Shown here: piece after piece, positions 11,530-23,947 of the stretch
How positions within the stretch are numbered: the stretch's first letter is position 1
Layout of the letters: every line of letters starts with the position of its first letter
Notes under the pieces: generated by a model
Database searches by the model: none
The model's input: only the letters and a program-made list of their open reading frames with translations
What the model was told of the DNA's origin: nothing
DNA from: Octopus sinensis
Lineage: Eukaryota
Direction of reading: 5' to 3'
Length of the DNA stretch: 64,000 nt
Assembly (NCBI RefSeq): GCF_006345805.1
Contig: NC_043000.1
Coordinates: forward strand, 64,480,001 to 64,544,000
Translations under genes and position numbers: made by a program

Positions 11530-13520
11530 GGTTTGCTCTCCTTTCAAGATAGGAAGCATCAGGAAGAGACTTGACTATTGGTTGTGGGAAAGTTAAAAAA
11601 ATTACCTTCTATAAGAATATCTCATTGACCTTTGTCATCGGTAAGTTATCAAAGGGTATATAGATATACCAAGTTGACTGGCATTGACTAAAATGTTCAA
11701 TGCCTTCTAAAAAGGACTACCAACCAGTTGCATACTAAAATATGCTTAAAGTTTTTACACACTGTCTGATCCTTTTCCTCTAGGATCACTGTGAAAGTAG
11801 AATTATTATCAAGTAGCTCAGAAGAATGAGTTTGGGGATATTCCGAGGAAATTTCAGTCCATAAAAGTGATATTAGAGGTGATGTGGCACGGAGGAATTT
11901 AGTTGCGGGGTTGTTGGATTACAAGAAGCATTATTTCTGTTAGCCATTGATGGATACTAAAAGCTTGACTGGAAAATGTTCCAGAGTCCATAAACAAGAC
12001 CCATAGAAAATCTGGGTTTTTCCTGGGCTACTAGCTTGATATTAAATGCAGTGATTGCATTGCCGCTGATGGGATAAAGTATCCCAGGGGTGTATTTCAA
12101 AGAGACAGTATTTTTGTAGTACTGTTTATACTTGTGAACCTCTTATTATTATTTTTTTGTTGAGGAAAGCTGAAGGGGGTGTAATTAGCTCAGTAGAACA
12201 CAAAAACACCAACACAATACATAGGACCTCCGATGGATATATTGCAAGGCGCAATAAGACAACCATTGAACTCTCGAGGATGGGGAGTATCCTTTAAAAA
12301 CTTTTTCACTCTGTTGGGAGGGATCTGTCGTTTATTTGCGAGCTCCGCCTTGCTCTGTGGGTCCCAGACCAATATACTGGCTGAATTCATTCTTGTAATC
12401 ATTGATGATTTGTAGTATCTTTGTTGATAACTGGAAGTATATGCCATAAATACGAATGGTTAAAAAAAGTCTTGACCGGTTTACGATATTTCCAAAGGAT
12501 ATAATGAATGTAGTTTAGCTAAAATAAATGTTTCTGTGTGATCGTAAAACGAGGGAACAGCAAGAGGCAGACTAGTCATATTTCTTATCAATGACCTAAC
12601 AATTTTGTTGATATATGTCAAAAAATGGAGCAGGTACATAGAAATGGACGAACATTTATCCTCTGATGGGACTTATAATAAGGAATGCGTAACCCAGATA
12701 AAAATGTATGGTTCGCAAAAATTTCTGCATACAACAAATCAGTAGTCCACACTGTATTTGCTGCACTAGTATCCATACTAACATTTGCGCTATTCAACAG
12801 GACATCAGACGAGATCCGAGACATTGATGTTAAAAACCATTGACAACTAACGAGAATTTCCACGTCAATAGTGACTAGCTGTATCTAAAGCAGAAACATG
12901 GAGGCAGAGGTTAAGTATCAATTCAAACAACCTTTAAATATCGTATTATATCTGTCTAACAACAGTTTGGTCATTAAGCGTCGAAGTGCATCCAGGGATC
13001 AAGTATGCTCGTATGAGGTAAATAACATTATCAGAATTGGAAAGAAGCTCCTCGACTAATGAAAAAGGATACACATTCACGAAAGCTGCAGAACATCAGA
13101 TGAAAGGTTTTCTGCTAATTAGCTGAAGGTCATGGTCGTGCTGTCAGAAGGCATCAGTGACAGTAGCATAAATAAAGTAGGCTATCTTGGACCCAATAAC
13201 GGGTATATCAGCTCTCACTTTCAAAGGTATACTTCTGCCACCAAGAAACAGGAAATAACAAAAAGCTTGATGTGCAAAGGAATAGAGATACAAGTGAAAT
13301 ATTTGTATCTCTGTTACAACGGAAATGGAATTAACACCAAAGATATAACCCAAATTATAAGCAGCTGCCTGAAAATATCACAATACTGTTTTCATATGAA
13401 GCATGAAGTCGTCACCCAGTAGTGAAAAGAGGATAGTTCCAGAGATAAAAATATAAGAAGTTTCTCAAATGTCGGGGACATATACACCCACAATACAAAA
13501 GAATAATGGTGGAATATTGT
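11530..13520 (+). mobile_element. Decayed R4/Dong-like (RLE-type) non-LTR retrotransposon: RT plus CCHC region
   Basis: Fragments KDYQPVAY, DHCESRII, LLDYKK, IKYPRGVFQRDS, KISAYNKSVVH, ENFHVNSD*LYLKQKHGGRG and KDITQIISSCLKISQYCFHMKHEVV (zinc knuckle/RHD region); many stops and frameshifts. Confidence 0.72.
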
Positions 13521-13552
13521 CGTCAAAACCTTTGCAAAATTTTGTCAAAGCA

Positions 13553-13900
13553 AACTAGGCTGTATGGCAAGAATTTTACTTCCCAATTACATGGTTCCAG
13601 GTTCAGGAGCAAGTGTCTTCTACCAAAACCCCGGGCCGACCAAAGCTTTATGAGTGGATTTAGTTGACGGAATCTGTAAGGAAGTCCAGTGTGTATGTGT
13701 GTGTGTGTGTGTGTGTCATTAGAACAGCTGTGCAATCGGAGTTAGTTTGTTTACGTCCTCGTAACTTTGCTATTCGGCATTAGAGAATGATAGAATTAGC
13801 ACCAGGCTTTAAAAAATACTGGGGGTTGATTCGTTCGGTTAAAACCCTTTAATACTAAGTCCAGCATGACCGCAGTCCAATGACTGACACAAGTAAAACA
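13553..13900 (+). mobile_element. tRNA-derived SINE family B (degenerate)
   Basis: Colinear with 16616-17022, including the internal (TG)n and the 3' gcatgaccgcagtccaatgactg tail. Confidence 0.7.
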
Positions 13901-14213
13901 ATGACTTGAAATAAGAAAAGCAAAGTGGACACCGTAGTATAAATCAGTTGCCAGCAGACGTTAACAAATTGCTAAAGATAAAAGACAAAGAAAGCATCAA
14001 TGCTGAACTATAACTTTAGAGTTATACCTGTAATTATTAGGGAAGTTAGTTATGTAGCTAAAATGCCACGTCATCAGTTTTGACAAGCTGGGCTTTACAA
14101 AACGAAGAATGACACGGCTAATTAAGAATTTATTAGGTATCAATAAAACATTGAAAATATGTAAAACATTCCAGAATGTTTAACGTGTAATATGTACTTA
14201 TAAACACATAAAC

Positions 14214-14251
<38 letters not shown>

Positions 14252-14652
14252 TATATATATATCACATACAAACATAGTAAAATATGTGTACACTTATATG
14301 AATCAAAATATGCAGATCCACCCATGTAAATGACATGCATGCTTGAACACATACATCTCTGTGAAGATAGATACACACATATAGACTAACATTGAAGCAC
14401 AAAAGGAGTGGAGAATGATTAACTTATTATTGCAGCTGGGAGGCTCTAGGCTGGCTGGCGCCTCGAACAAACTAAATTTCAGCGTCCTTACATTTACAAT
14501 TTTAAAAAATATTCAAGAGGAAAGACTCCAGATGTAGGAATTAAATGTTTATTACAATATGCAAACTAAAGAGAGCAATTAAAGCACAGCATCAAAATCT
14601 GAAATCTTTTCATTAGTATATAACTAGGAGAGAGAGAGAGAGAGAGAGAGAG

Positions 14653-15110
14653 TATTTCTTTATTCACCATAAGGTTGAGAAAAAGAGGGGACAAAACAAA
14701 CGTTGGGGTCAGGGTATCGAATGAGACGAAACGTGTGAATAAACAAATAATTAAAATATATACAATTAAATGAGAATGAGTGAATAACAAAAAATTAAGC
14801 GGAGGACGCGGTTGAACCCTCAAACCACATACTCACACTGAAGACTTTGCTTTCTCCTTTTTTACATTCTCGATTAAACAGGTTCTTTCACTCGCAACAT
14901 ACTTGCTATATACTTCCATCTTTTACGAAACACACTTTGCGACAGGCATTTCTTCTCCAGCCTTATTTTCCGTTTCATGTGGAAAACGAAAAAGTCGATT
15001 AGCTCGAGACTGGAGACAAACATGCCTGTTGCAATTCCTTTTACTCTCGTCTTCCATACTACTTCTTTCGCCATAGCAACTACCGAGAGAAAACAGGCGA
15101 GAGAGAGACC
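14653..15110 (-). mobile_element. Tx1/L1-like LINE 3' end
   Basis: MAKEVVWKTRVKG...FFVFHMKRKIRLEKKCLS homologous to 24180-24719 and 58309-58581; 3' tail ...taaagaaata followed by (CT)n. Confidence 0.75.
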
Positions 15111-15169
15111 AACTGACAGACCGTCTCTGTATTACTGGCATTATGTATATATATATATATATACATACA

Positions 15170-15330
15170 CACACACACATATACATGCGACGAGCTTCCA
15201 CACTCTACCAGATTCACTCAGAAGGCATTGGTTGACCCGAGGCTATCGCGGAAGACACGACGCACAATGGGACTGAGTCCGAAACCCTGTGGTTGTAAAG
15301 CGAGCTATTTAACCACATAGCCATATCTAC
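15170..15330 (-). mobile_element. SINE family B, 5' part
   Basis: Reverse complement aligns to the head of 16616-17022. Confidence 0.6.
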
Positions 15331-15494
15331 TAAAACTTCTCTCTTCCGTTGATACAATTATAGGTAACGTAAACGTTATTCATAAAAGCAACCCACACAT
15401 TTCGCCCAACATCCTGTCACTTATTACTGTTGATGAGTCTAACGGATTTACATCACCAGGAAATAATTATCTGATAATTAAAATAACTATTATA

Positions 15495-15860
15495 GGTGCA
15501 GGCATGGCTATGAAGTAAAACCGCTTGCTTCCCAACCACATAATTTTGGATTCAATTCCACTGTGTGACACCTTGGGCAAATGTCTTCTACTATAGCTCG
15601 ACCGACCAGAGCCTTATGAGTGTATTTGGCAGAGGGAAACTGAAAGAAGCCTCTTGTATATCTATATATGCGTTTGTGTACGTGTTTGTCTCCCTAGTGT
15701 TAGTTTGCTTACGTCTTCGTAACTTAGCGCTTCGGTAAAAGAGACCGACGGAATAAAGTACCAGACTTAAATAAGTCCGAGGTTGATTTGTTCGGCCAAA
15801 CCCTTCCAGCCGCTGACCGAGCGTGGGCGCAGTCCAGTGACTGAAACAAGAGTTAAAAGA
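15495..15860 (+). mobile_element. SINE family B
   Basis: Colinear with 16616-17022. Confidence 0.72.
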
Positions 15861-16615
15861 ATTTTTCTGCTTTTAAGCAGAAGTATTTCTGAATTCAATT
15901 TATTTCCCTGAGAAAATGCTCTAAATTTTTCCATATCCTCTTACGTATCATCTTGCATTTTTTGTTTCCGTCTCTCACGAAGTTCTATAGTGTTCTCAAT
16001 GAACTCTCATGTCCTGCTGAACATATTTTCTCTATGTATATATCCTGGAGCAACTTTCCTTCAGTTACACTATTCATAACGTTTTTTTTTACCAGGCTTC
16101 AACTAATGCGAAAATATTCTGTTTGCATCTGCTTTAATTCAAACATTATACTCTTTGATTTTTACGAAGGTCATTATCTACGATTCACATCCTTCGTCCT
16201 TCGGCATAAGGCAGAGTTTTCCAATCTTGTAAGGAAATTAACAGATAATATTTCTACACGAAAACACTTTACATGCAAACAAATCCTTTTGAATTAAAAT
16301 ATCTCTATCGTAGATGCCATGATCACAACGCAAAAGAACTTTCTTAATATATTTCATCAAGTACCTGTTGTTCTTAAGACTTACGCTTTTATGTCTAAAT
16401 TAAAGGTGAATCTTTTCGTTCATTTTGAAGTTGCAGTATTTCCAACTACAGCAAGGAGCAGCAATTTTAAAAATCTTTAACTTTCACATAATTCTATCCT
16501 TCAATGTTTTCAAGTTTGAGTCTACACGGTGGAAATAACATAACTTTGAGAGAAACACGGTTCATTTTTTTTTATGAAAGCTGAACAAAACAAAAATTTA
16601 ATGAATAAAACATAT

Positions 16616-16777
16616 GGCGCAGGAGTGGCTGTGTGGTAAGTAGCTTGCTTACCAATCACATGGTTCTGAATTCAGTCCCACTGCGTGGCACCTTGTGCAA
16701 GTGGCTTCTACTATAGCCTCGGGCTGATCAAAGTCTTATAAGTGGATTTGGTAGACGGAAACTGAAAGAAGACTGTC

Positions 16778-16824
<47 letters not shown>

Positions 16825-17022
16825 TGTGTATCTGTTTGTCCCCTCCACCATTGCTTAACAACCGATGTTGGTGTGTTTACGTACCCGTAACTTAGCCGTT
16901 CGGCAAAAGAGACCGATAGAATAAGTACTAGGCTTACAAAGAATAAGTCCTGGGGGTCGATTTGTTCGATTAAAAGGCGGTGCTCCAGTACGGCCGCAGT
17001 CAAGTGACAAACAAATAAAAGA
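16616..17022 (+). mobile_element. tRNA-derived SINE family B, near full length
   Basis: Head GGCGCAGGAGTGGCTGTGTGGTAAG (A-box-like) and TTCAGTCCC (B-box-like); internal (TA)n; several copies in the window. Confidence 0.8.
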
Positions 17023-18421
17023 AGCCCCACCACCAAAACACAGACCATCCACACACGCAAGCAACCTTTTACAATGTGCAAAAGGTTTATACTAGAAGGC
17101 AGACAATTAAAAAAAAAATTATATTTAAGAAGTCATTTGAAAATGTTGTTTGGCACAGAAAACGCTAGCTACAGTAAAATGTAGAAAGTGGAGTGAGGGC
17201 AATTAGACGTCAAAAACAAGATGTAGAAAGAAATGTAGACAGGAAAATTGTGACAAAATAGAATTTGGAAGTATATATATATATATATATATAAATATTT
17301 ATATATATATAAAAAGAATTAAAACAAAATTGAAATATAGAAGGAGAAATGCGGGGACAGTTCAAAGCGTTTGTAGTGTAATAACTTGTTTAATTCAAAC
17401 TGTTGACCTCACTTAGAACAGTTAAAAACTTAGAAACAGAAGAATTAATTGTTAAAGAGTCAGTAAAGCTAAACAATAACTCTTGATATTATATACACAT
17501 TTTTGTAATGGTAAGCAAGTAGATGCAGAACCTACCTTCAGAATACTTAGAGTAAATGTTCTGACTCATTGAGACATTAACCAGTTTCATTTTAAGTATG
17601 GTTTCTCTAAGTAAATAATTGAATTTTATAGACTTATGAACAAGTTCGTTTATTGTCGTTAAAGTGTATTTTGCCGATGTTGTCACCAACAGAAAATTAT
17701 TCCCCAATCATTTCGAGTTAGCATCGTCGGTAATAATAGTTGGAGGTTAAAATTCAAGCTGCATTTAGTTACGACCTCGATTTTTATTTATTCATTCATT
17801 GCAGGCGTGGCAGTGTTGGTAGTTTGTTCCCCAATCACGTGGTTTCGAGTTCAGTCTCACTGCACGACACCTTGAGCAAAAACAAGTACCATATAAAGAG
17901 TTTTTGATAAGGGATTGTAAATATGGACATATTTCACAGGCTCTCTGTTTATGCAAAATACACCAAGCTAATAAAATGTTTTTAGATTAGTAAAAAAACT
18001 CCACGTAATCCTAAAGCAAGGCCTGAGATTGTAGTCCATCACCAGTCGATTTTGTAACTCGATGGTTGTATTCTCCAGTTAAACTAGATTTATTTCAGCG
18101 AGTTATATACAATAAAAGGTATAAATAATGAGCTTTATGTATTTCTTTATTCGTGCATTTTTGACTTACAGTTGTTTCTGAAATACATTAGAAACAGCTA
18201 TAATGCATATCAGGAACGGCTGCAAGTAAAAAATGGATAAATGAATAAAAAAAAGATGTACAGCTCATTACACTGTGTAACACAATTTTTGTCCTTGGTA
18301 GAAACTGTTATTTCCTATTTGCTTACTCCAAGAAAGTATGAAAACTGGCTAATGTTTCCTTTAAACTTTGCTTTTGTTACATTTATTCAAACCCCAAAGA
18401 ATTCCTCTCAACGCATGGAAT

Positions 18422-18555
18422 TGATGCCCCCCCCCACTACTCCTGCTCATAATTAGAGCTGTACATATTGTCAGCCACTAAGAAACATGCTCAAGTAGTA
18501 AAGGTTAAGCAACTCACAAGCAAATCTGTGATATTGAGCAGAATATTCGCTATAA
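18422..18555 (-). mobile_element. Internal fragment of the (AAT)n-associated element
   Basis: Matches 7925-8065 (ccactact...gtcagccactaag...aagcaaatctgtg...ttgagcagaatatt). Confidence 0.65.
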
Positions 18556-19780
18556 CAACATTTCTGCTTCAGCAACACAGCACTGAATGTTTGAAATGTA
18601 ATGGAAAATAGGCGAGTTTCAAAACATTGATGTCCAGGTCACATTGATGTCCGGGTCACAAAAGCAAAGTCTGAAGGGAATAGTAGTAATTTCTTTTGAT
18701 CACTAGATAGAAGCAAATAAGAAATAACACTTACTAACCAAAGAAAAAAGATTGTTTATACAGTGTTAGTAATGCTTTTTCTGAGATATATAAATATATA
18801 TAATTTGAGTAGAGTTTGTATCTGTATATCAATAAAGAAATGTGGCAACATATTTCCTAATTAGCAAAGCCTGTTAACCTGCTTCATATAATGAAATAAA
18901 CGTTGTTTCTCTTGTTGATGTTATTGAACTCTTGGTTGCACTTAAACCAAAAAAATTCACGATCAAAGCAGTGACGGAGCAAAGGTTCTTAGGGACCCGG
19001 AGTCAGAGAATCTTTTGCTGCCGCTACATTATTTAACAGGCAAGCGAAAATAAATATTTCGTTACTCTCATACCTGTGACAGAAGGCGACTGCCCCTCTC
19101 TCGTTTACATCTTTTTATATATCTAAGACTACAAAGGCTTTTCCAAGGGGGTAGAGTGTGATTTGAAGGCAATTTGGTTACTTTTTTTGGCATGTCGAGC
19201 GACTATCAAGACGCATCCTCGTTGGCTCGCATCATATTTGCCAGTATAATTAAACCAATGTCAGTAATTAACTAAACTTGCCCTTTCCTTGAAGCATAAT
19301 TATTTCTAGTGGGGTTTTTATCACTTGCTGCATTACATATAGTGTTGTTGTTGGATCTCCGTCGTTCGACAATGAGGATTCAGTTGTTGATCAACTGAAT
19401 TACCTGTTTGGAATTAACATGAAAGTGGCTGAGTATTCCATAGACGTGTGTACTCATAACTCAGTTCTCTGGCAGAACCACAGTATGTGACAAGGCTGTG
19501 CTTTTTGACTTACAGTTACAGTCCACGCAATGGACCAGGCTTCTGTACAGTTCTCATCTACCCAGTTTCATTCACAAGGCATGGCTCGACTCAAGGCTAT
19601 AGAAAATGACACTTCCTAAGATTTTACACAGTGAAATCGAACCTGAGATCTTGTTGTAGAGTGAACTTAACTATTTAATCATATTGTGTTTACAATATAT
19701 AGTAACACAAAATTAACTGTTGTTTCACGTGTAGATGGCGCTTCTCGAAAATATGCTTATGTCAACCTAAGTTCAATGTT

Positions 19781-20160
19781 AGTTTCAAATCTTAGCTTTT
19801 CCGAGGTAGGGGAGTAAATCAATTACATCGATTCCAGTACTCGACTGGTACTACTTATCGACCCCGAAAGGATGAAAGGCAAAGTCGACCTCGGTGGAAT
19901 ACGAACTTAGAACGTAAAGGCGGACGAAATACCTATTTCTTTACTACCCCCAAGGGGCTAAACACAGAGGGGACAAACAAGGGCAGACAAACGGATTAAG
20001 TCGATTACATCGACCCCAGTGCGTAGCTGGTACTTAATTTATCGACCCCGAAAGGATGAAAGGCAAAGTCGACCTCGGCGGAATTTGAACTCAGAACGTA
20101 ACGGCAGACGAAATACCGCTGAGCATTTTGTCCGGCGTGCTAATGGTTCTGCCAGGTCTC
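19781..20160 (-). mobile_element. tRNA-derived SINE family A, composite: head + 184-bp body/Tx1-tail unit + body with ordinary tail
   Basis: A-box-like TGGCAGAACCATTAGC and B-box GAGTTCAAATTCC; duplicated body; junction aaagaaata|ggtatttc at 19934/19933. Confidence 0.85.
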
Positions 20161-21467
20161 CTTCTCGATCTGTATACAATATTGGAACATTTACGCGGGG
20201 ATTCTCTCATCTCTATTTCGGCGAGTATGGAGGAAATAGGCACAAGGTTAGAAACATAGGGGAAAGAAAACAGACGATTACATCCTCTCAGTAATTGTTT
20301 GATACTTTATTTTATCGGTCCCGGAAGGATGAAGGCTAACGTCAACCTCAGCGAGATTTGAACTCGGAACGTAAAGAGCCGAAAATAATACTGCCAATCT
20401 ACCGCTTTACGTCAGATTACAAATACACTCATTATTAGGAATTTCACGGAAAATATAGATCCTTCCGCTTTTATTGCCGCTTTCACTGCCGATTATTAGA
20501 GATTATTAATACCTTCACTGTAATCCTTTTCAATTATTTTGGTGACCAATTTATATATTCATAGCGAAAAAATGCCCCATTACCGTTATTGCGGATGCGA
20601 GCGTTCACCAGTTTCCTTGGATTCAGGATGTTCCCTAAATGAAATAAATAACTACTATTCGGTGGGAGAATTCAACATCGGACTTAAAATTTCGTTATTT
20701 GAATATCAAGAGCAGTAGAATTGTTAACAAAATAAGTGGGGTGATGTTATGAGAGAGAAAGTGTGTTCCCTGCTTCTGATTCCGTGTTGAAATCGCTTAA
20801 ATGTAAGTTGACATCTCCAAGCAGATTGTTTTTTTCCTAGTCATATCTGTTGAAGGTAGCTATTGTTTTAAGATTATTATACTTTTAGCAAATCGGTCAG
20901 TAACTTTCTGAAATATATGTGTCATCTGATTGCATTACTAGAACTTGTAGTAATAAGAATCAAGGACATTAGACAATGCCTTAACTGAATATTGTGTGTG
21001 AATATTTAAAAAAAAAAAAAAAATTGCCCCGTTTTCAGAAAACAAAATGCCAATTGAAATGAAAATAAAAAAATTTCTAATTTAAAAATGTTTAGACTTT
21101 TTAATATAACTGAACATTCGGCTAAAATATCAACTTGGTGTGCAGTAAAAGTGGTTTTACAACATTTAACTCATATACTTATATAAATTCACATTTAATT
21201 GAAATATGTCTGTTTAACATTTCAAATGCCTTTATAAATAATTTAGTCATTGTTGCGTATAGCACAGTTCTTAAATAGTAACTCATAATTTCAAATAATG
21301 TAAAAGTACTATACTTACAATATTTAACCTATTCAATGCATTAAAAAGCTAGAAATAATTATGCGGTGAGTAAACAAAACCAATACTAGTCATTAACTAA
21401 TATTATATTTTAGCAAGTGAAATAGGTAAGTTCAAATAGATTACGGTCTTATTATTACCTCATTAGC

Positions 21468-21684
21468 GAAGGTGGCGAGTTGGCAGATTGTTGTCACGCC
21501 GGGCGATATGCTTACTGGCATTTCATCCGTCTTTACATTTTGAGTTTAAATACCGCCGATATCGACATTGTCTGTTATCCTTTCAGGATCGATAAAATAA
21601 ATACCAATTGAACACTGGGGGTCAATGTAATCGACTTACGCCCCCACGCCTAAGATTGTTGGTCTTGTGCCAAAATTTGAAACC
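21468..21684 (+). mobile_element. SINE family A with ordinary tail and a 17-bp target-site duplication
   Basis: TSD ATTATTACCTCATTAGC at 21451-21467 and 21685-21701. Confidence 0.85.
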
Positions 21685-23749
21685 ATTATTACCTCATTAG
21701 CAAAGTATAAACTTCACCGTACTTGGCGAAGTAGTGATAAAAATATCACTAAGTGAATGCAAAAGAGTGTACACCGGTTGGAGTAGAAAAATAAAATTGT
21801 TTAGAGAATAAATAGGCACCTTCCTCACGGGAAAACAAGTGAGTTTTCAGTTAAACTTATTAACTCAGCCAGTGGCATAGCGTAGAGTGTGTGGGATGTA
21901 TGAACCTCACAGCGCGGCCTCTTGGGACAGTGAGCAAACAGATGTTGAAGCTATGTTACTTTTAAGGAAGGGGAAGGTCAACAAAACCCACACTGTGCCA
22001 CTGAATTTAATTATTGTATTTTTAGTGGTTAGAGTGTTGTACTCACAACCGCACCATTATAGTTTCGATTTTCGAACAGGCCAGTGCGTTGTATTCTTGA
22101 GCAAAACACTGTGCAGATCTTTTCTGTTTGGCTGCCAGTTTTCAATTTCTTCAATTTTTTTTTCCAATTGATTTCATATTTGGTGTAATGATGTAGTTTT
22201 GTATGGTAATCATTGGTATGAAATTCATTTTCACTATAAATCAAATAAATAAAGTGTTAATAGCTTTTAAAGTTTGCAAATTGTAGGTAATTTTAGCCAA
22301 TCGAAAGTCATAGACATATAGATACCTATTTTCAGTGTAACATGCCAAGCTGTTACCAAGCTGCTTATTCATGTGGTCATTTTCCCTTATTAAATGCTTA
22401 AAACACACGAGATATGAAGTGTGCGAGAAATAATAGCTAAATAGGCCATAAATCACGCCCCAATTTTTTTCTTTTCGCTTTTTTTGGGTGGGGGTTACAT
22501 AATCGTATGAATTCCCGTGTGTGGAATAGAAGTTCACAAAAATTTCCTGAAAAGCCCCTCGATAGGACGGCTTTTCAGTAGCAATTATTTATATCATGAA
22601 GTAATGATTATTTATATAATGATAAAAATAAACATCACTTATATGCTATTATATCATCAAGTGCTACAATAGTTATGTATTTATTATATTGTATACAATA
22701 GTTATGTATTATATTACAGCTGATTAACCTCAGATGAACTATCATTTTGCTGGCCTTTGATCAAATACATTTAAAACGTTACTATCTCATGTTTTTGTTT
22801 AAAAATATATCTAGAACTACATTATCCAAGGAATTTTTTTTAAAGCAAAATGAGATTTAAAGAAGTTTGACCTGTTATTTTTATTAAGACAAACAACTAG
22901 AGGCTCGCCTGTTGCTTCAGTGCGTTTATTTATACATTATAATGCAGCAAGTACTTGTATACAAATTCATCACACTATCAACTAACGTATTACTTATTCA
23001 GCAATGGCATACCATCAAGTAATGTATACCACTGGAATACTGTTTTTTTTTGTATGTTTCATAACACTTCAAGATGGAGGGGCGGTCGTTTTGGTGTTTA
23101 TCAGCACACAGTGATAATTGTTAATATTTCAACCATCTGCTCAAAATCTTGACAAAGACACGCGTTATTTTTAGTGCAGCAGATGTTCTTTTCACCTGTT
23201 AAGAAACTGCTTTTAAAGCAGGACAAAGCTGGTAAGGTAAAGTTTTTAGTAACGCCTCTTATCCCACCCCTACAACAGTTTCTCACCCGGAAAAAGAAAG
23301 CATATGAAAATAGAGAAAAGTAATTTACTAGAGCAATTCTATACGAAAGTATAAAGATATAGTTAAGTTAAACGTCGGCGACTTGTCTCGGGTTTTACAG
23401 TAAAATTATTTCGTCTGTTGCAAAACTAGATCATGTCTGTAATAACTAGAATATTTGTGATTTTTAGTTTCATGAGATTTAAACGAGAACAAGAACAGAA
23501 ACAAAATACATTATTACCAGTTAACAAAGAAGCTTCTACGCGGTCGCTTGACCTTCTTGAAATAGCAGTAAAAATCTGGCTCACATTACACCCTATAGTC
23601 TTAATCAGAGAACACATAGAATAATATAGTCTCCCATATAGAAGCAGATGGGTTGGTTACACCTGACTTGGGAATAAACAATAAGAGCAAATAGATTGTT
23701 GCTTTTGATACAATATGTATGCGCGCGTGTATATGTGTTACTTTTGAGA

Positions 23750-23945
23750 GCGCGCGACCTAGTGGTTAGAGTGTTGCACTTTTGATCGCGAGATTGTGGG
23801 TTTGATTCCTGGACAGGGTGGTGCGTTATGTTCTTGAGTAAAACACTTCGTTTCACGTTTCGCTGCGATAATTTCATCTGGTGTGTGAGCACACCGTTCA
23901 TCTGAACACCTAATGTCGATTTGATGGAAAGAGAAAATGAGCTAA
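23750..23945 (+). mobile_element. tRNA-derived SINE, third family
   Basis: CCTAGTGGTTAGAGTG (A-box-like) and GGTTTGATTCC (B-box-like); related fragment at ~22024-22110. Confidence 0.55.
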
Positions 23946-23947
23946 TT

